Origin: Marsupella aquatica
Taxonomy: Eukaryota; Plantae; Marchantiophyta
Reading direction: 5' to 3'
Length of the DNA stretch: 64,000 nucleotides
Assembly: GCA_973895155.1 (NCBI GenBank)
Contig: OZ316894.1
Coordinates: 13,573,580 to 13,637,579, forward strand
Both the position numbers and the translations under genes were made by a program. The notes under the pieces were generated by a model that saw only the letters and a program-made list of their open reading frames with translations, searched no databases and was not told the origin of the DNA. This document shows, piece by piece, positions 11,199-23,271 of the stretch. Within the stretch, counting starts at the first letter, position 1, and each line of letters starts with the position of its first letter.

Positions 11199-14100
11199 AA
11201 TGTGCGACCTAGCCAAGATATGTTGCCAAGGAGGTTGAGAGCTACATATGAAGAAATGGGCATGCCACAAGACGGAGTCACATCATCAACAGATTCTTCA
11301 TCCAATGACAGTGACAATGAGGGTTTGGACGAAGGGGCACCTAGGACAGATTTTGAGGTCATGCAGGACCAGGAGACAGCCATGGATGACTTCATGACAG
11401 ATTGGTTTGGTGTGGACGCCCGTGTGGACGTTGATGGTGAAGGACGTGGACCACCCAATGAAGGAGCTCCTCCACCAAATGCTGCACATGACCCCCGACC
11501 TCAACATACACCAGAAGGTCAACAACAATGGGAAGAAGCGGAGGCACATGCTAGAACACCTATTTATGGGGGTGCTCGTTTGAATAGACTCTCTACCATC
11601 TTGGCATTGATGAATCTTCAGGCAAAACACAAGGCAAGCAATGCCCTTCTATCGGATTTGTTTGCAATTTGCCATGACCTCATGTTACCTAGTGACAATG
11701 TATTGCCAGGAACTTGGAAGGAGGCAAAGAGAGTTCTATCATCCATTGGTATGGAATATCATATCATTCATGCTTGTGTGAATGACTGCATCCTATATCA
11801 TGAGACCAATGCCAACATAACTGAGTGTCCAATTTGTCATGAGCCTCGATATGACAACAACATGTTGACGGAAAAGGTGCCCAGGAAAGCTGTCCGTTGG
11901 TTTCCCATTATTCCTCGATTGTTGCATATGTATCGATGTTCTGACTTGGCAGAATTGATGGTATGGCATAAGACACATCGATCAGAGGCCGTTGTCATGC
12001 GGTTGCCAGTTGACTCCCCTGCTCACAAGCATGTGGAGGCACAATGGCCAGAGTTTGCACATGACCCTCGTCATGTGAGGTTGGGGTTGGCATCGGATGG
12101 GGTCAGCCCACACTCCCTTGGTGGGAAAGGACCGCCCAACATCAGTTTGGCCGGTGGTTGTTATGAATTACAATCTTCCACCATGGTTGTCCATGAAAAA
12201 GGGCTTCTTATTGCTATCATTGATTATCCCAGGTCCATCTAAGGTAAAAAACATGGACACCTATTTGGCACTATTGGTTGGGGAACTCCAAAAATTATGG
12301 GACGGTGTGTGGGCCTATGATGGTCGAAAAACTACAGGGGGATTACCACGTGTCTTCAAATTGAAGGGAATCAATATGTGGACCATGCATGACTATCCTG
12401 GTAAGGGGTATGGATTGGTGTTTTGTTTATGTAATAGAGAGTTTGTTTTAAAAGAAGTCCCTCATATTTATGTATGTACATGAACTTTTTAAATCCTTTG
12501 ACTCTAATTGAGAAAGTTATTTTGGTTTGGGTTTGTTGCAGGGTTTGGGTTTGTTTCAGGGTTACAAACTCAAGGGTATAAGGCATGCTCCACTTGTGGT
12601 CCAAGCCTTGAAGATATGGCCAAGTACTCAAGATGGCTTTGCAAGATAATCTACCTTGGGCATACCAAGTTTCGTCCACTTGGACATGAGATGAGGTCTG
12701 ACCCCCTTCTATTTTCAGACTTTGACATGATCAATGGTGATGAGCGTGACATACCTGAGCGTACATCCTTTGCACATTGGAAATCCATAGCTGATAGGGT
12801 GGCAGACCCTAACGACCCCATGATATTTGATGGAAGTGGGTTGACGAGGTGGAGTATACTAGCCACATTGCCGTATTGGCCAGAGTTGAAGATTCATCAT
12901 TTGTTAGACCCCATGCATATAGAGGGAAATGTTGGGAAGGCTTTGATCAAGCATTTTTATGGAGAAAATGACCATAATTTTAGGGAGGCATGCCAGGATC
13001 TAGAACGACATCCAGATGTATGGATAACAGTTGATGCATCAATAGGGATGGAACACCGTCCTTCAGCTCCTTGGGTTTTGAGTGTTGGTGAAAGAAGAGA
13101 GTTTCGACAATGCATAGGTCAGATGCGGTTTCCTACAGGCTATGGTGCCAATCTCCGGAAAGCTTTTGGGATGGAGGACAGTCATAAGTGGCCAATGTAT
13201 TTGAAGACACATGACTATCACCGTTTACTACAACATATACTTCCCGTGGCAATCATAGGCTTGGGTAGTGAAGAAATGCAAGACGCCCTATGGTCATTGG
13301 GCACTTTGTTGAGATGGATATGCTCAAAGGAAATATATGAAGAAGAGATCCCACGGATGGAGGTATTGGCAGCAGAGGTAGTGTGCAAGTTAGAGAAGGC
13401 CCTCCCTCCTTTCTTCTTTGATTGTCAAGTACATTTACTTGTTCATCTTGTGAGGGAGGTTGCCATTGCTGGTCCAGTGCATTGTCGTTGGATGTATTGG
13501 TTGGAAAGGTATATGGCTGTGTTAAAGGCTTATGTACGGAATCGTGCACGAGTGGAGGGGAGCATGGCAACAGGATACTTGGCAGCTGAGAGTATGTTCT
13601 ATTGCAGCAACATCTTAGCTACCATTGATCCTAGTTGTCCACGCAGTTGGATGGAAGAGAGAGAAATGGAGGAGGATCGTTTAACAGAGCCAAAAAAACA
13701 TGCTTATTGACCGGAGTGGAGTTGACACAGATGACTACTTTCATGTTGAGTAATAGTACTGTGATGGAAGAAGGGAGAGAGTTTTATGAGGATGCAAAGA
13801 GGGAGAGTCGTCGTCCAAGGATTTTTCCAAAGTTCCTTGAGTATATGAGGGAGAAAGTACTTCAGTTGGATGCTATGGTGGCCCAAGGTGAGAGTGTATC
13901 ACATTTTCCAGATATGACTCCTGAGGTTCGAACAATTGTTCATGGCCCTTTGAGACTTGTTCAGACCAGAACAGCAATGTGGACACAAGGGAGACATTTC
14001 AGGATTTCTGACCTTGATGAGAAGAGGGGTAGAACTTTTGACTGTGGAGTTCAAGGGCAGTTCATGCAGGATTCACAAAGTAGCCGCCATGACACCAATG

Positions 14101-14489
14101 TCATCCGAGATGTGGTGCCTCACTATGGGAAGATAGAGGAGATCTTGATTGTATCCTATGATAGGGATACAAAATTTGAAGAGTATGTCTTCAAGTGTAA
14201 GTGGTTCAAAATTCACTTGGTTGGTGAGAATCGCACAGTACTTCTTGATGATTGTGGGTTTACTCGACTGAAGACATCAGCAACTAGCTTTCAACCATCT
14301 CATTGGCAAACATCTGAACCGTTTACATTCCCAAGTCACCTTGAGCAGTGTTTCTATATTCCGTACCCACCAGACCCAGAGGAGTGGTCAGTTGTTATAC
14401 CGTATGTGCCACGATCTCGTTCCATTATTTCAGAAAAACCTGAAGTTATTATTGTGTCAAACGGAGGAGAGGATGAGGACCAAGTTTGA
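11199..14489 (+). pseudogene. CACTA-1 TnpD-type transposase (Transposase_21, DUF4218, DUF4216-like)
   Basis: IHACVNDCILY..CPICHEPRY, HVRLGLASDGVSP, YNLPPWL, HDYPG, LDPMHIEGNV, KTHDYH, WMYWLERYM, FKCKWF, EPF..EQCFY. Intron 12401-12541; frameshifts near 12135 and 13690. Confidence 0.95.
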
Positions 14490-14859
14490 TGCATCACTAG
14501 TAGTAAAACTTGTTGTGAGCGTATAATTGTGATTATATTAACTATCATGGTTTTATTTATATTTACCTATTTATTTTCTTCTTTTGTCTTACAAACACTT
14601 GGACTTTGAAATTTCATTTTACTGCTATACATGCAACCCTAGCCACTAGAAAAGTTCTCCTCATGCATGCCACCTTTTTTAAATCCCTAGCTTATAACCT
14701 AAACACATGCATTCTCCATCTTCTAAAGTTTTCTCTCAAAAATTTCCATTCTGAAAACTTTGCAAACAACTCTCTTTGTGAAACATTTTTTGAACCAGAC
14801 AGGAAGGAATTTCTGAACCTCTTGTGAATCCAATTCCATCGGTACTTGTGATACAAATA

Positions 14860-15225
14860 CGTTCTCAAACTTGCGACCAAATTGGCTTCGGTACTTTGCA
14901 ACCCACCGTTCTTCACAACACTTTCCGAACATAATAGGTTCACAAACCATTTGTGATAGTATTAGTCTCGCTAAATTATGAACCAAAATGTATCCGAATA
15001 CGGTCGCGATGGTCGCGGACTCACAAAGTCATTGCGAGACAACTAGTATCTAAACGTGTTGCGAAGTCAATAACATCAAAACTTAATTGCGATGTATGTA
15101 GCTTCACAATGTGAATGTGCGATGGTAAGAGCATGGGATATTGTGATGCGTGTTGCATCACAAAATATCTGAAGGTTCTAACATCGCAAGGCCTTTTCGA
15201 CTTCAAAAAACACCTTCGCAAAAGG
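14860..15225. repeat. Right subterminal repeat region of CACTA-1
   Basis: Clustered TTGCGA/TCGCA motifs immediately inside the right TIR. Confidence 0.6.
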
Positions 15226-15243
15226 GGCCAATATGTAGTAGTG

Positions 15244-17171
15244 AATAGGGACCGTACCAAAAGGATGAAATGTGAACTAAGACCTAGAAGGTTCAAAGTC
15301 TCCCAGATGTAAAGATGGCTGACCCTATCAAAAGCTTTCTCAAAGTCAAGTTGCAAAAAGAGAGATGGGGTCTACATATATTCAATCCAGTCGCTTGCCA
15401 ACCAAGTAAGCAAGATATTCTCCAAAATATGTCGACCGGGAATGAAACCGGTCTGCTGTGGACTAATCATACGGGGCAGTAGCACCATCAGTCATCGAGC
15501 AAGCAGCTTAGCCAAAATCTTGTAAGTAATGGTAAGCATTGTCAGCGGCCTCCAGCCACTTAGATGCCGCTTGTCAGTCTTTTTGGGGATAAAGCGGATC
15601 ACTCCATCCTTGATGCCATAAGAAATATGACCAGTCCTCCAAAAGGCACAGATCATATCATAGAAATCAGCTTTCACAAAATCCCAAGAGGCCCTCAAGA
15701 CCTCGGCGATCATACCATCCACTCCAGGCGCCTTCTCATTGGGTAGCATGAGCAGAGTATCATGTACCTCCTGTAAGGTAGGTAACATATCTAGATTTCT
15801 GTTCTCAGTGGCAGACAGGGAGAAATGAGTGTGTTCGCAAAGCCTCCAACGAGCAGATCTCATCTCCAGAAGCTCCACAACACTTTGTTCAAGTGGAGAG
15901 TACAGTGATTCACAGAATGTCTGAACCTCCTTGATAATCATATTTTCATCTCTAATTTCTTTGCCATCCTTGCCAATTAGGCATTCCATCATTTCTCTCA
16001 CTCGCTTCGCCTTGACCAATGAGAAATAGAACTTAAAAGGTTTTTCCCCCTGGCCAAGCCAGTTGATTCGGGAAAGACGTTGGTAGTAGTGTGCATCTTC
16101 AAGCTCCAGCTTGCGAACGCAATTATCTGTGAAGGAAAAATCCTGGACAGCTCCCAGAGAGTACTCATCCATGATAGCAATTTTAAGGAGGCGAAGTTTG
16201 TTCTTCAGGAGTGCCAATTCTTCTTTACGAGGCACAGCCAAAGATTGAAGCTCCATGTAGCATTTCCGAAATCTCTGAAAAGCCCCAACAAATCGTAGAT
16301 GCGGGTCCGCCAAAGCAGCTCCTTCCCCCTTCCACGCAGCTGCCAATAATTTCGAATTTCCAGACTTCTGAAGTATCAAGGGGTTTGCCTTAAAGTAGGT
16401 CGCTCTTCTCCTGTTGGAGTCAATCATAGGTGAGGGATTAAGACGAAAGGTAATCAGTACAGGATCGTGATCAGAAAGCGCCAATGTTCCATCATGTTTA
16501 AGCTTGAAAATCTCAGAGGTCCAGCGGCCAGCCTCGCTGAAGTAGAAGCGGTCAAGTCTTGATTGGGACAGTCTACCATTGCGGACTCTACGCCAAGTAA
16601 ATGAAGCACCAATAGCCTGGCCCAGGATAGAGATAGCGTCTAGCAGGTCAAACTTAGTTTTGAGAAAGCGCCAAAATTCCAACTCACGGCCGCAGATGAG
16701 AGGGGATACTCCACTAGAATGTTCACTTCTCTCAGTCATATTGAAATCACCACAAATTATCCAACGGTCCTGAGGCAGGACATTCAACAAGTCGTTCCAT
16801 AACAACAATCTTTCTCCAGCCAAATTGGGTGCATAAAGGCTAACCAGCCCAAAATTCCCCTCAACATGTTCTATCTGAATCCATACCGCTCTTCCTCCGT
16901 CAAGAACGCCAGATGTTGTAACCTTGAAAGAGGGGTGAATGAGAATAGTTGTCCCGCCACGGCCATCATCAGGGGGAGAACAAAAGTGTTGGAAGGAGGG
17001 CAGAATAGTACATAGAGCATTATCCAATTTGAATCCATCAACCTTGATCTCCTGTAAAGCCAGAGCATCAAGAGGTGGGCGCAAAGAGGAAGCCCACTTA
17101 AGAACAACGTGCTTACGATCTGGATTACATAGTCTGCAAACATTCCATGAGGCAAAATGGAAAATTCACAT
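15244..17171 (-). pseudogene. LINE-A ORF2, N-terminal part (APE endonuclease and RT start)
   Basis: FASWNV, LQEIK, YAPN, CGDFN, SRLDRFY, SDHDP (APE endonuclease); KAPGVDG, WRPLTML, LDFEKAFDRV (RT). Confidence 0.93.
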
Positions 17172-17213
17172 GCTCCGTGATATCACTTCTCAGAGGGAGC
17201 AAAACCAGATCAG

Positions 17214-19470
17214 CTACACAGGGGTAAGCGGTGACTTAGCAGGTTCCAGCATCGGCAGGGCTGGACTTAGAAGAGGGTTACTTGTTATCCCAGCATGAGG
17301 GTCGGCCAAAATTGCCAAAGTATCGTTGATTTCATTGAGAGTCACAGTCGAAGGCATCCTAAGTTCACGTGACAAACGCCTCTCCGGTGTCACCCATCCA
17401 GCCGCATCCTGCAATTTAGAATCCAAAGCAAATTGTAAGGATCTTTGCTTCCTGGCCTTTTTCTTACCCTTGTCCTTCTTTTTTAATCTTCGGGAGGGGA
17501 GCGCCTTGCCAACTTCCGAGCTCGTTCTTTCTTGATGGCAGAGCGAGAGATGATGCCCTCATATTCCGATAGGTCCATGTTGGAATGTCAGAGGCCAAAA
17601 TGTCATCCTCAACAATAGTAAGTTCCTCAGATTCAACTTCGACAATCATCAGCGGCAACTGAGGGACAGGAATTGTTGCCGCATAATTCGCATTCAAGGC
17701 AGGGAGAGAGTCCAAGAATTGGGGTCCCGGTTGAATTATAGAGTCAGATTGGACCTCTTGAAGATCCTGTATTATCTTGGGGAAGTCGGCGTTGTAAGAA
17801 AGTAATAGCAAAGAAGGGTCGCACCGGGCAGCACCAGTGGAGGCCTCCTCAATTTCGTGACTTGTAACAACCGGATAAGGGTCAACAACAGGATTAATTC
17901 TTGGAGCTTCCAAAAAGTAGACTTTCAGTGATTGCAGGTTTGTCAGGCAGGGCATCATTGGTAGCCCCATGTAACACAGTGGTGATCAATAGTGGGTTCT
18001 CATCAGGAGGTATCAAAGCTGGGTCCAACGAGGGAATCAGGTTCATCGGCGAGGGGACATTCAAAGGGGGGCAGTCTCCATAGCAGGAGCAGGATTGGCA
18101 GCACCGTGACTTTTGGTAAGTTCAGGTTCTTCCTCCTCGTGTGTGCAGTAGTCTCTCACTAAGTGGCCTTTCTTGCTACAACGAAAGCAATGGAAAGGAA
18201 TATTTTTAAAGATCACCGGTTGCCAGATAGAAAGTCCGGTCTTAATCAGCACTTCAACACTCAATGGCAATTCCTATTGGGTGTCCCACAAAATGCAAGC
18301 ACGATCGTGGGGATAGGAGCTTAATTCATCACCTTGAATGTAATGCAAAATGTCGCCCAGGGAGGCCGCAAGTTTCCTGCGGCACGGCTCCAAAATGAGA
18401 GCACGGAAGGGGATTTTGATCCAAACAGGGAGAAGGGTGTATGATTCACTTTTGATATCAAAGGAAGGGTCCCAGGGAAAGGTAAATACGAATTTATGAT
18501 CCAGAAACCAGGGAGCCTCAGCCAACGCTAAGTCGCGGTGGGCAGGATCCTTGAACACAACCATGTAAAAGTTCTTTCCCACAAACTTCACCTGGGATAT
18601 CGGCCATTTAAGTCAACCACAAAAGTCTTGTTCACCCAAAATTTGAACGTCGGGAGCAAAGGGGGTCAATCAGTGAAGTAACACATCATTGTGCAGTTGA
18701 AAAGTTCCTTCACAGTCTCAGCGGCCTCCTCCAAGGACCATTCAATTGTGGTATGCAGCTTAGAAGGCCAGTCCTGAACAGACAGATCAGCAATGCGTCT
18801 CAAAATGGGAATGCAGGCTTCCGCCTCATCAACACGATGATCAACAAAAGGGCGATCAATCAGGGGTGGAGCACCACGAGCACCAGACCCCGGGCCAGAC
18901 CTAGGCACCGCTCGAGGAAGACAAGAAGGTCTCCCAACCGCAATTGAGTCGTTGTTAGTTGCATCAGCATCCATTCTGTCCCCAATGTCCTCCCAAAAGT
19001 GATTCTCGTATGGTTCCTTCAATCTGTCCTCCAGCACATCCATTGGTAAAGGCTCAAGTCAAGGGGGGTCCCAGCACGAGAACCCATCCGTCTCAAGACC
19101 AGAAGCCCATAATCCAAACCAACTTTGTTTATTGCTGACCGGATTCCCGTTCCCAAGATGGATGTAAGGTCCAGCATTCGAGGTGCCGCCAGAGCCAGAA
19201 CGGACATCCTAATTCAAAAAATTCTTGCTTGGATTGTCTCCACAAGCAAGCCGCCTTCCCGTAGCCAATGGTGCAAGCGACGGTGGAGCGGGAGAAGCAA
19301 CCCAATGGCCTGCCCCTCCCTCAGCATCTTTCGTTCTTGATCTCCATGCAGAGTCGCTGCCTCACAAAAAGCTTGGCCTTCCCTCAAGAATGCAGGACCA
19401 AAAAGGAGTGCACCTTGACCAGAAAAGGGGGCGCCAAAGCCCGAAGATCCCCGATGATTAGAATTCATCC
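17214..19470 (-). pseudogene. LINE-A ORF1 (DUF4283-like plus CCHC knuckle), fragmented
   Basis: FYMVVF..RDLALAEAPWFLD..W..LPVWIKIP..LGDIL..RACI (plant L1 ORF1 pattern) and FKNIPFHCFRCSKKGHLVRDY. Confidence 0.75.
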
Positions 19471-19974
19471 CAGTTGTACACAGGGGAGAGATAAAGTCCT
19501 CCAGAAAGGGTTTGCGAAGCATAAGTAAAGACGAAAAGGAAAAGAGTATCAAATTCAGCGACCCACAAAAGGGCGGAGAGTCACTCACCGCGTAAGGGGA
19601 CACAACTGGAAAGGTGGTCACAACCGACACCCGATCCAGAAGAAACACAACGTGGAGTAACAATCGTCTCAGGGTAGCAGGAACGATCCCGGGAATAGAC
19701 TAGCAACCGGTAACAGCGTGGGGGTCCCGAATCCAAAGCGTAGTTCCCAGATCTCCAAAGCAAGATAAAGCATGCAAATTGCCGGTATTTCATATTCGAG
19801 ACTGAGTCATTCATGCCACAAAAGCACCAATCCAACTAACAATGGCATGATAACAATACTCAAAATATGAGCAATCCATCAAAAAATAGAGTATTACCCA
19901 ACATCATGTACTCCAAATTGTGGCCATATATTGAAACAATCCTTCACATTTGAGTCTCAAATTGTACTTGGTAC

Positions 19975-22880
19975 CTAACAGTCTACAAATTTCTCAGGCC
20001 ACATCACAAATGATTCCATAGCATCCACAAGATGGATGTGTGGCGGATCATCTCCCTTGTTTGGAAAGGGTAGAAGATATTTGGGCTTACTAATAGCAAT
20101 CAACAACAGCACAACATGATCAGCAAGTACCTTCTTTCCATGGAAAGTACTTGCTTCAATTTGAAGTATGCCTTGCCCAACACAAACACCAGAGTTATCA
20201 GTTGCCATTAGCCTAGAAGATTGTGCTACAATGCTCACTGCTGTCCCTTTTGGAGAATTAATACTCCTCTTCTTCTTTGGTGCCTTGTAAGGCAAAGTCT
20301 CCTTCCCACTATTTCTGGTCCTCATCTTTCCCATGTTCATCAGTGGTGGGGATTGAGAAAACTCATCTCCAATACCTGGGGGAGGCTGAGAGTCTATGAA
20401 AACCACATCATTGTCATCACTCTGCTTCTCCTGTGAATCTGAAAATTTGGTAGCCTCTAAGTTTTGTCTCCTCTTCCTGCCTGTTGGATTTGGTATGCGC
20501 ACCTCCTCCTGTGTTGGTTCTGTACCTCAATAGCAGCCACAAATTCCTTCATTTACAACTAAGCATATAGGCACTAAAGCTGTCAACAAACCATCAAGTT
20601 TGCACTAATTGAACGTACATGGCATAGAACTCAACCACATTAACAGGCCAGACAGAGTCTTCAAACCAACATTTACTTACTCTCAATGACAGTTGTACCA
20701 GGTTCGATGATCTTTGGATCTGCTGCAGCCACTGCAATCTGATCACCTGATGCACAATGTAACAAACCTTGAGGGTCTAGAACCTGAACCTGAACCATCC
20801 TGCACCCATGAACCTCAAATTCCCAGGTAAAGTCACACTACACTAAACATGATTTCAGATGACACGTACCACTCTTCTTTGTAGGCACAACTTCCACAAT
20901 ATTTGCAGGCTCTTCATAAGGATGTGCAATTGGGTGCTCAACCTTGCCAGCAATGTGCATCGCCCGCAACTCATGTAGTTCAGCTTGTACTTCCCTTAAG
21001 GTTGATCCTTGGCTTTGAAGAAGACTAGCTATGTCCTTGAAATGACTCTTGATCTCAGTCTCTACTGATGGCCAAGCATTATCCACAGTCTTCAACCGGT
21101 CTGATATCTCTATAAGGGTAGACATTGCTCCCTGCTATATATCACATACACCAACCAAACGGCTCTTCTCAGCAATTTTACAATTGCATAAGGGCTGACA
21201 GTACTGTACATATGAAGAAGGACTGTTATCACACTTTACCCTTTTGATTTCTGCCACAACCTCCTCTTTTGTGGGTTTCTCTCCAGTAAGCTTTTTCTAG
21301 AGCACATAAACATTGCAAGACATGTTTCTCAATGTCAATCTTGCCTAAATGTAGCATGCTACTACAACTACATATAGTTGACTCAAATATTGAAATGTAA
21401 ATACATATACGTATGGCATGGGAACCCAACCAATTTGGCTACTACTAGTGCATGTCCTCCCCTCCCTGTAAGCATAGGATTCTTCACTGCATTTCTAGCA
21501 GCAATCATTTGTGCAGACTTCTCCTGTCCTGCCCTAGACAGGAATGTCCCTCTCAGTCGAGCCCATTGTTCTACATGAACACTTGGGGGTGCTTCAGCAT
21601 GTGGTTTACTGCCATCAACAATCCATGCTTTGTGCAATCGATGCTTCTCTGTTTTCATGATAGTTCATCCATACTCTGCAAGACAATCAACACTGACCCC
21701 TTTCCTAGAATTCCCCAAATATTCCCACTTGTCTCGCATATATTTGCAAACCAGTTCCCAATCAGATGGATGTTGACAATTAAAGTTAGTACAGCTAATG
21801 TCCAACCACCATAGACACTCCATTCGCAGATCATTGTGCCATCTATTCTTTCCAGCACTCATCGTTGTGATCCGGCCTTCATCATCAACTTCAACAGTAC
21901 CCAGCTTCACATTCTCACCTCTCCCAGTGCTCCTTGATGCACTACTTGGTGTTGCAAATCTAGGAGTTTCTCCCCCATGGCCTGCGCGGGGTGTGATAGG
22001 GTTATCTGAAAAGAGAAACGCAATTAACACCATTAATATCATATGGTCTCTGTGAACTACCTGATTTCAATACTTTACTTAGAACTGTTGTAGAAAATAC
22101 CTCCTCCCCTCCGTAGACTCTCTGTCGGTTGGACTGAAGGTGCTGGTGCTGGTACTGGGTTCCCACCATAACCTTGCCATCCTGTCACCATTGGGAGAGG
22201 ACCTCCCATGAATTGCCCCAATGGCCCCATTGACCCTCCTTCATACATATTTGTGGGCTGCATACGGTCCCACATTGGGTCTGCCATTCACATCAGACCA
22301 GGCAAATTGTCATACTCAGACCCACATCTATTGAGGAACACAATCAGCCAATTTGAGCTCAAAATACACTTGTCCACATGAAACAAGTTAAAATGTTCAC
22401 ACTTACTTGACCAACTCGGACCCATATAGCTGGCAGAAGGGCCTACACCCATAGACCCGCCATAGTTATTGCCCCTTGTCGTGCTTGCGGCTAGTTATAG
22501 TTGGGGGCATTAAATTGCGGGTTATTGCAATTGCTGTTGCTTGGGGCTTGGGCTGAGTATACAGAGGGCGTCGGTCGAGATCTCATAGAAGTTCCCCTAG
22601 TTGCCTTATTGCAAGCAGGCTTTGGTGGTGGGGTAGGATTTGGCATGTCATCATCCTCCGACATGCTAGCACTTGGATTTGGATCTTGGTCAGGATCATA
22701 TTCTGTATCACCAACATCAGGCATGCAATCCTCTACCTCATTCTTATCAGGAGATTCAGCCATTGAAATAGGGGTCTTTGAAGTCAACCTCTCACTGCGT
22801 CGCCTAGGTCCATCAGGATTACAGAAGGTCTTCCGTCTACAATGACTCTGCTTTGACAGTGTTGGGATACTTTTGTTACT
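19975..22880 (-). pseudogene. CACTA ORF2 / TnpA-like multi-exon gene
   Basis: Exons aligning with CACTA-3 ORF2: GKNRWHNDLRMECLWWLD, QWARL..NPMLTGRGG, and C-terminal VCVGQGIL..FHGKKV..HVVLL..LPFPN..WP. Several GT(A/G)AG donors on minus. Confidence 0.75.
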
Positions 22881-22941
22881 GCAACACCCACATGAAATTC
22901 GACACAGTAGGCTTAGTCCTAAAAGGTTCAGTCTAAACTGG

Positions 22942-22958
22942 CCCGGTTTCTACTAGTG
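22942..22958 (-). repeat. Orphan CACTA TIR (CACTAGTAGAAACCGGG)
   Basis: Exact 17/17 reverse complement of the CACTA-3 terminus at 52100-52116. Confidence 0.8.
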
Positions 22959-23271
22959 TATGTAGTAGTCCATTACAAAAGCTACACAATGAATAGACGC
23001 ACACAACAAGATACACATACAGCTCATACTATGCACAGTCCCTTACATATCCAAAATGGCCTCTTCCACATCACCCAACAGGGCTGCGGCACATTGGCGA
23101 ACCCATGCTCGGTGTTTCACAACCTGCTTCTCATACTCACACATGCCATTTTTGTCTGGCATCCTACTCACCAAGTTACTGCGGTTGCACAAACAAGTCA
23201 TCCATTTATTGCTCATACTTGCTACTCATTGCACTTCAAAGAGTCACCTACTCACAACAAAACAAATCCAA

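Larger units (their letters stand above)
5255..15243 (+). mobile_element. CACTA (En/Spm) DNA transposon CACTA-1, complete, ~10 kb
   Basis: Left TIR CACTACTACACTATTGGCCCCTTTTGC and right TIR GCAAAAGGGGCCAATATGTAGTAGTG. 3-bp TSD AAT at 5252-5254 and 15244-15246. Contains a TnpD-type transposase. Confidence 0.97.
2401..19770 (-). mobile_element. L1-clade LINE retrotransposon (LINE-A), near full length, degenerate, interrupted by CACTA-1
   Basis: A-rich tail (T-tract 2401-2434 on plus), then on minus ORF1 (~19470-17214) and ORF2 (EN-RT-zf). The RT reads through across the CACTA insertion (ILLVRSL|LSNSCSKVLVN..RGVRQGCPLSPLL). The 5' boundary is approximate and no TSD was found. Confidence 0.85.
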
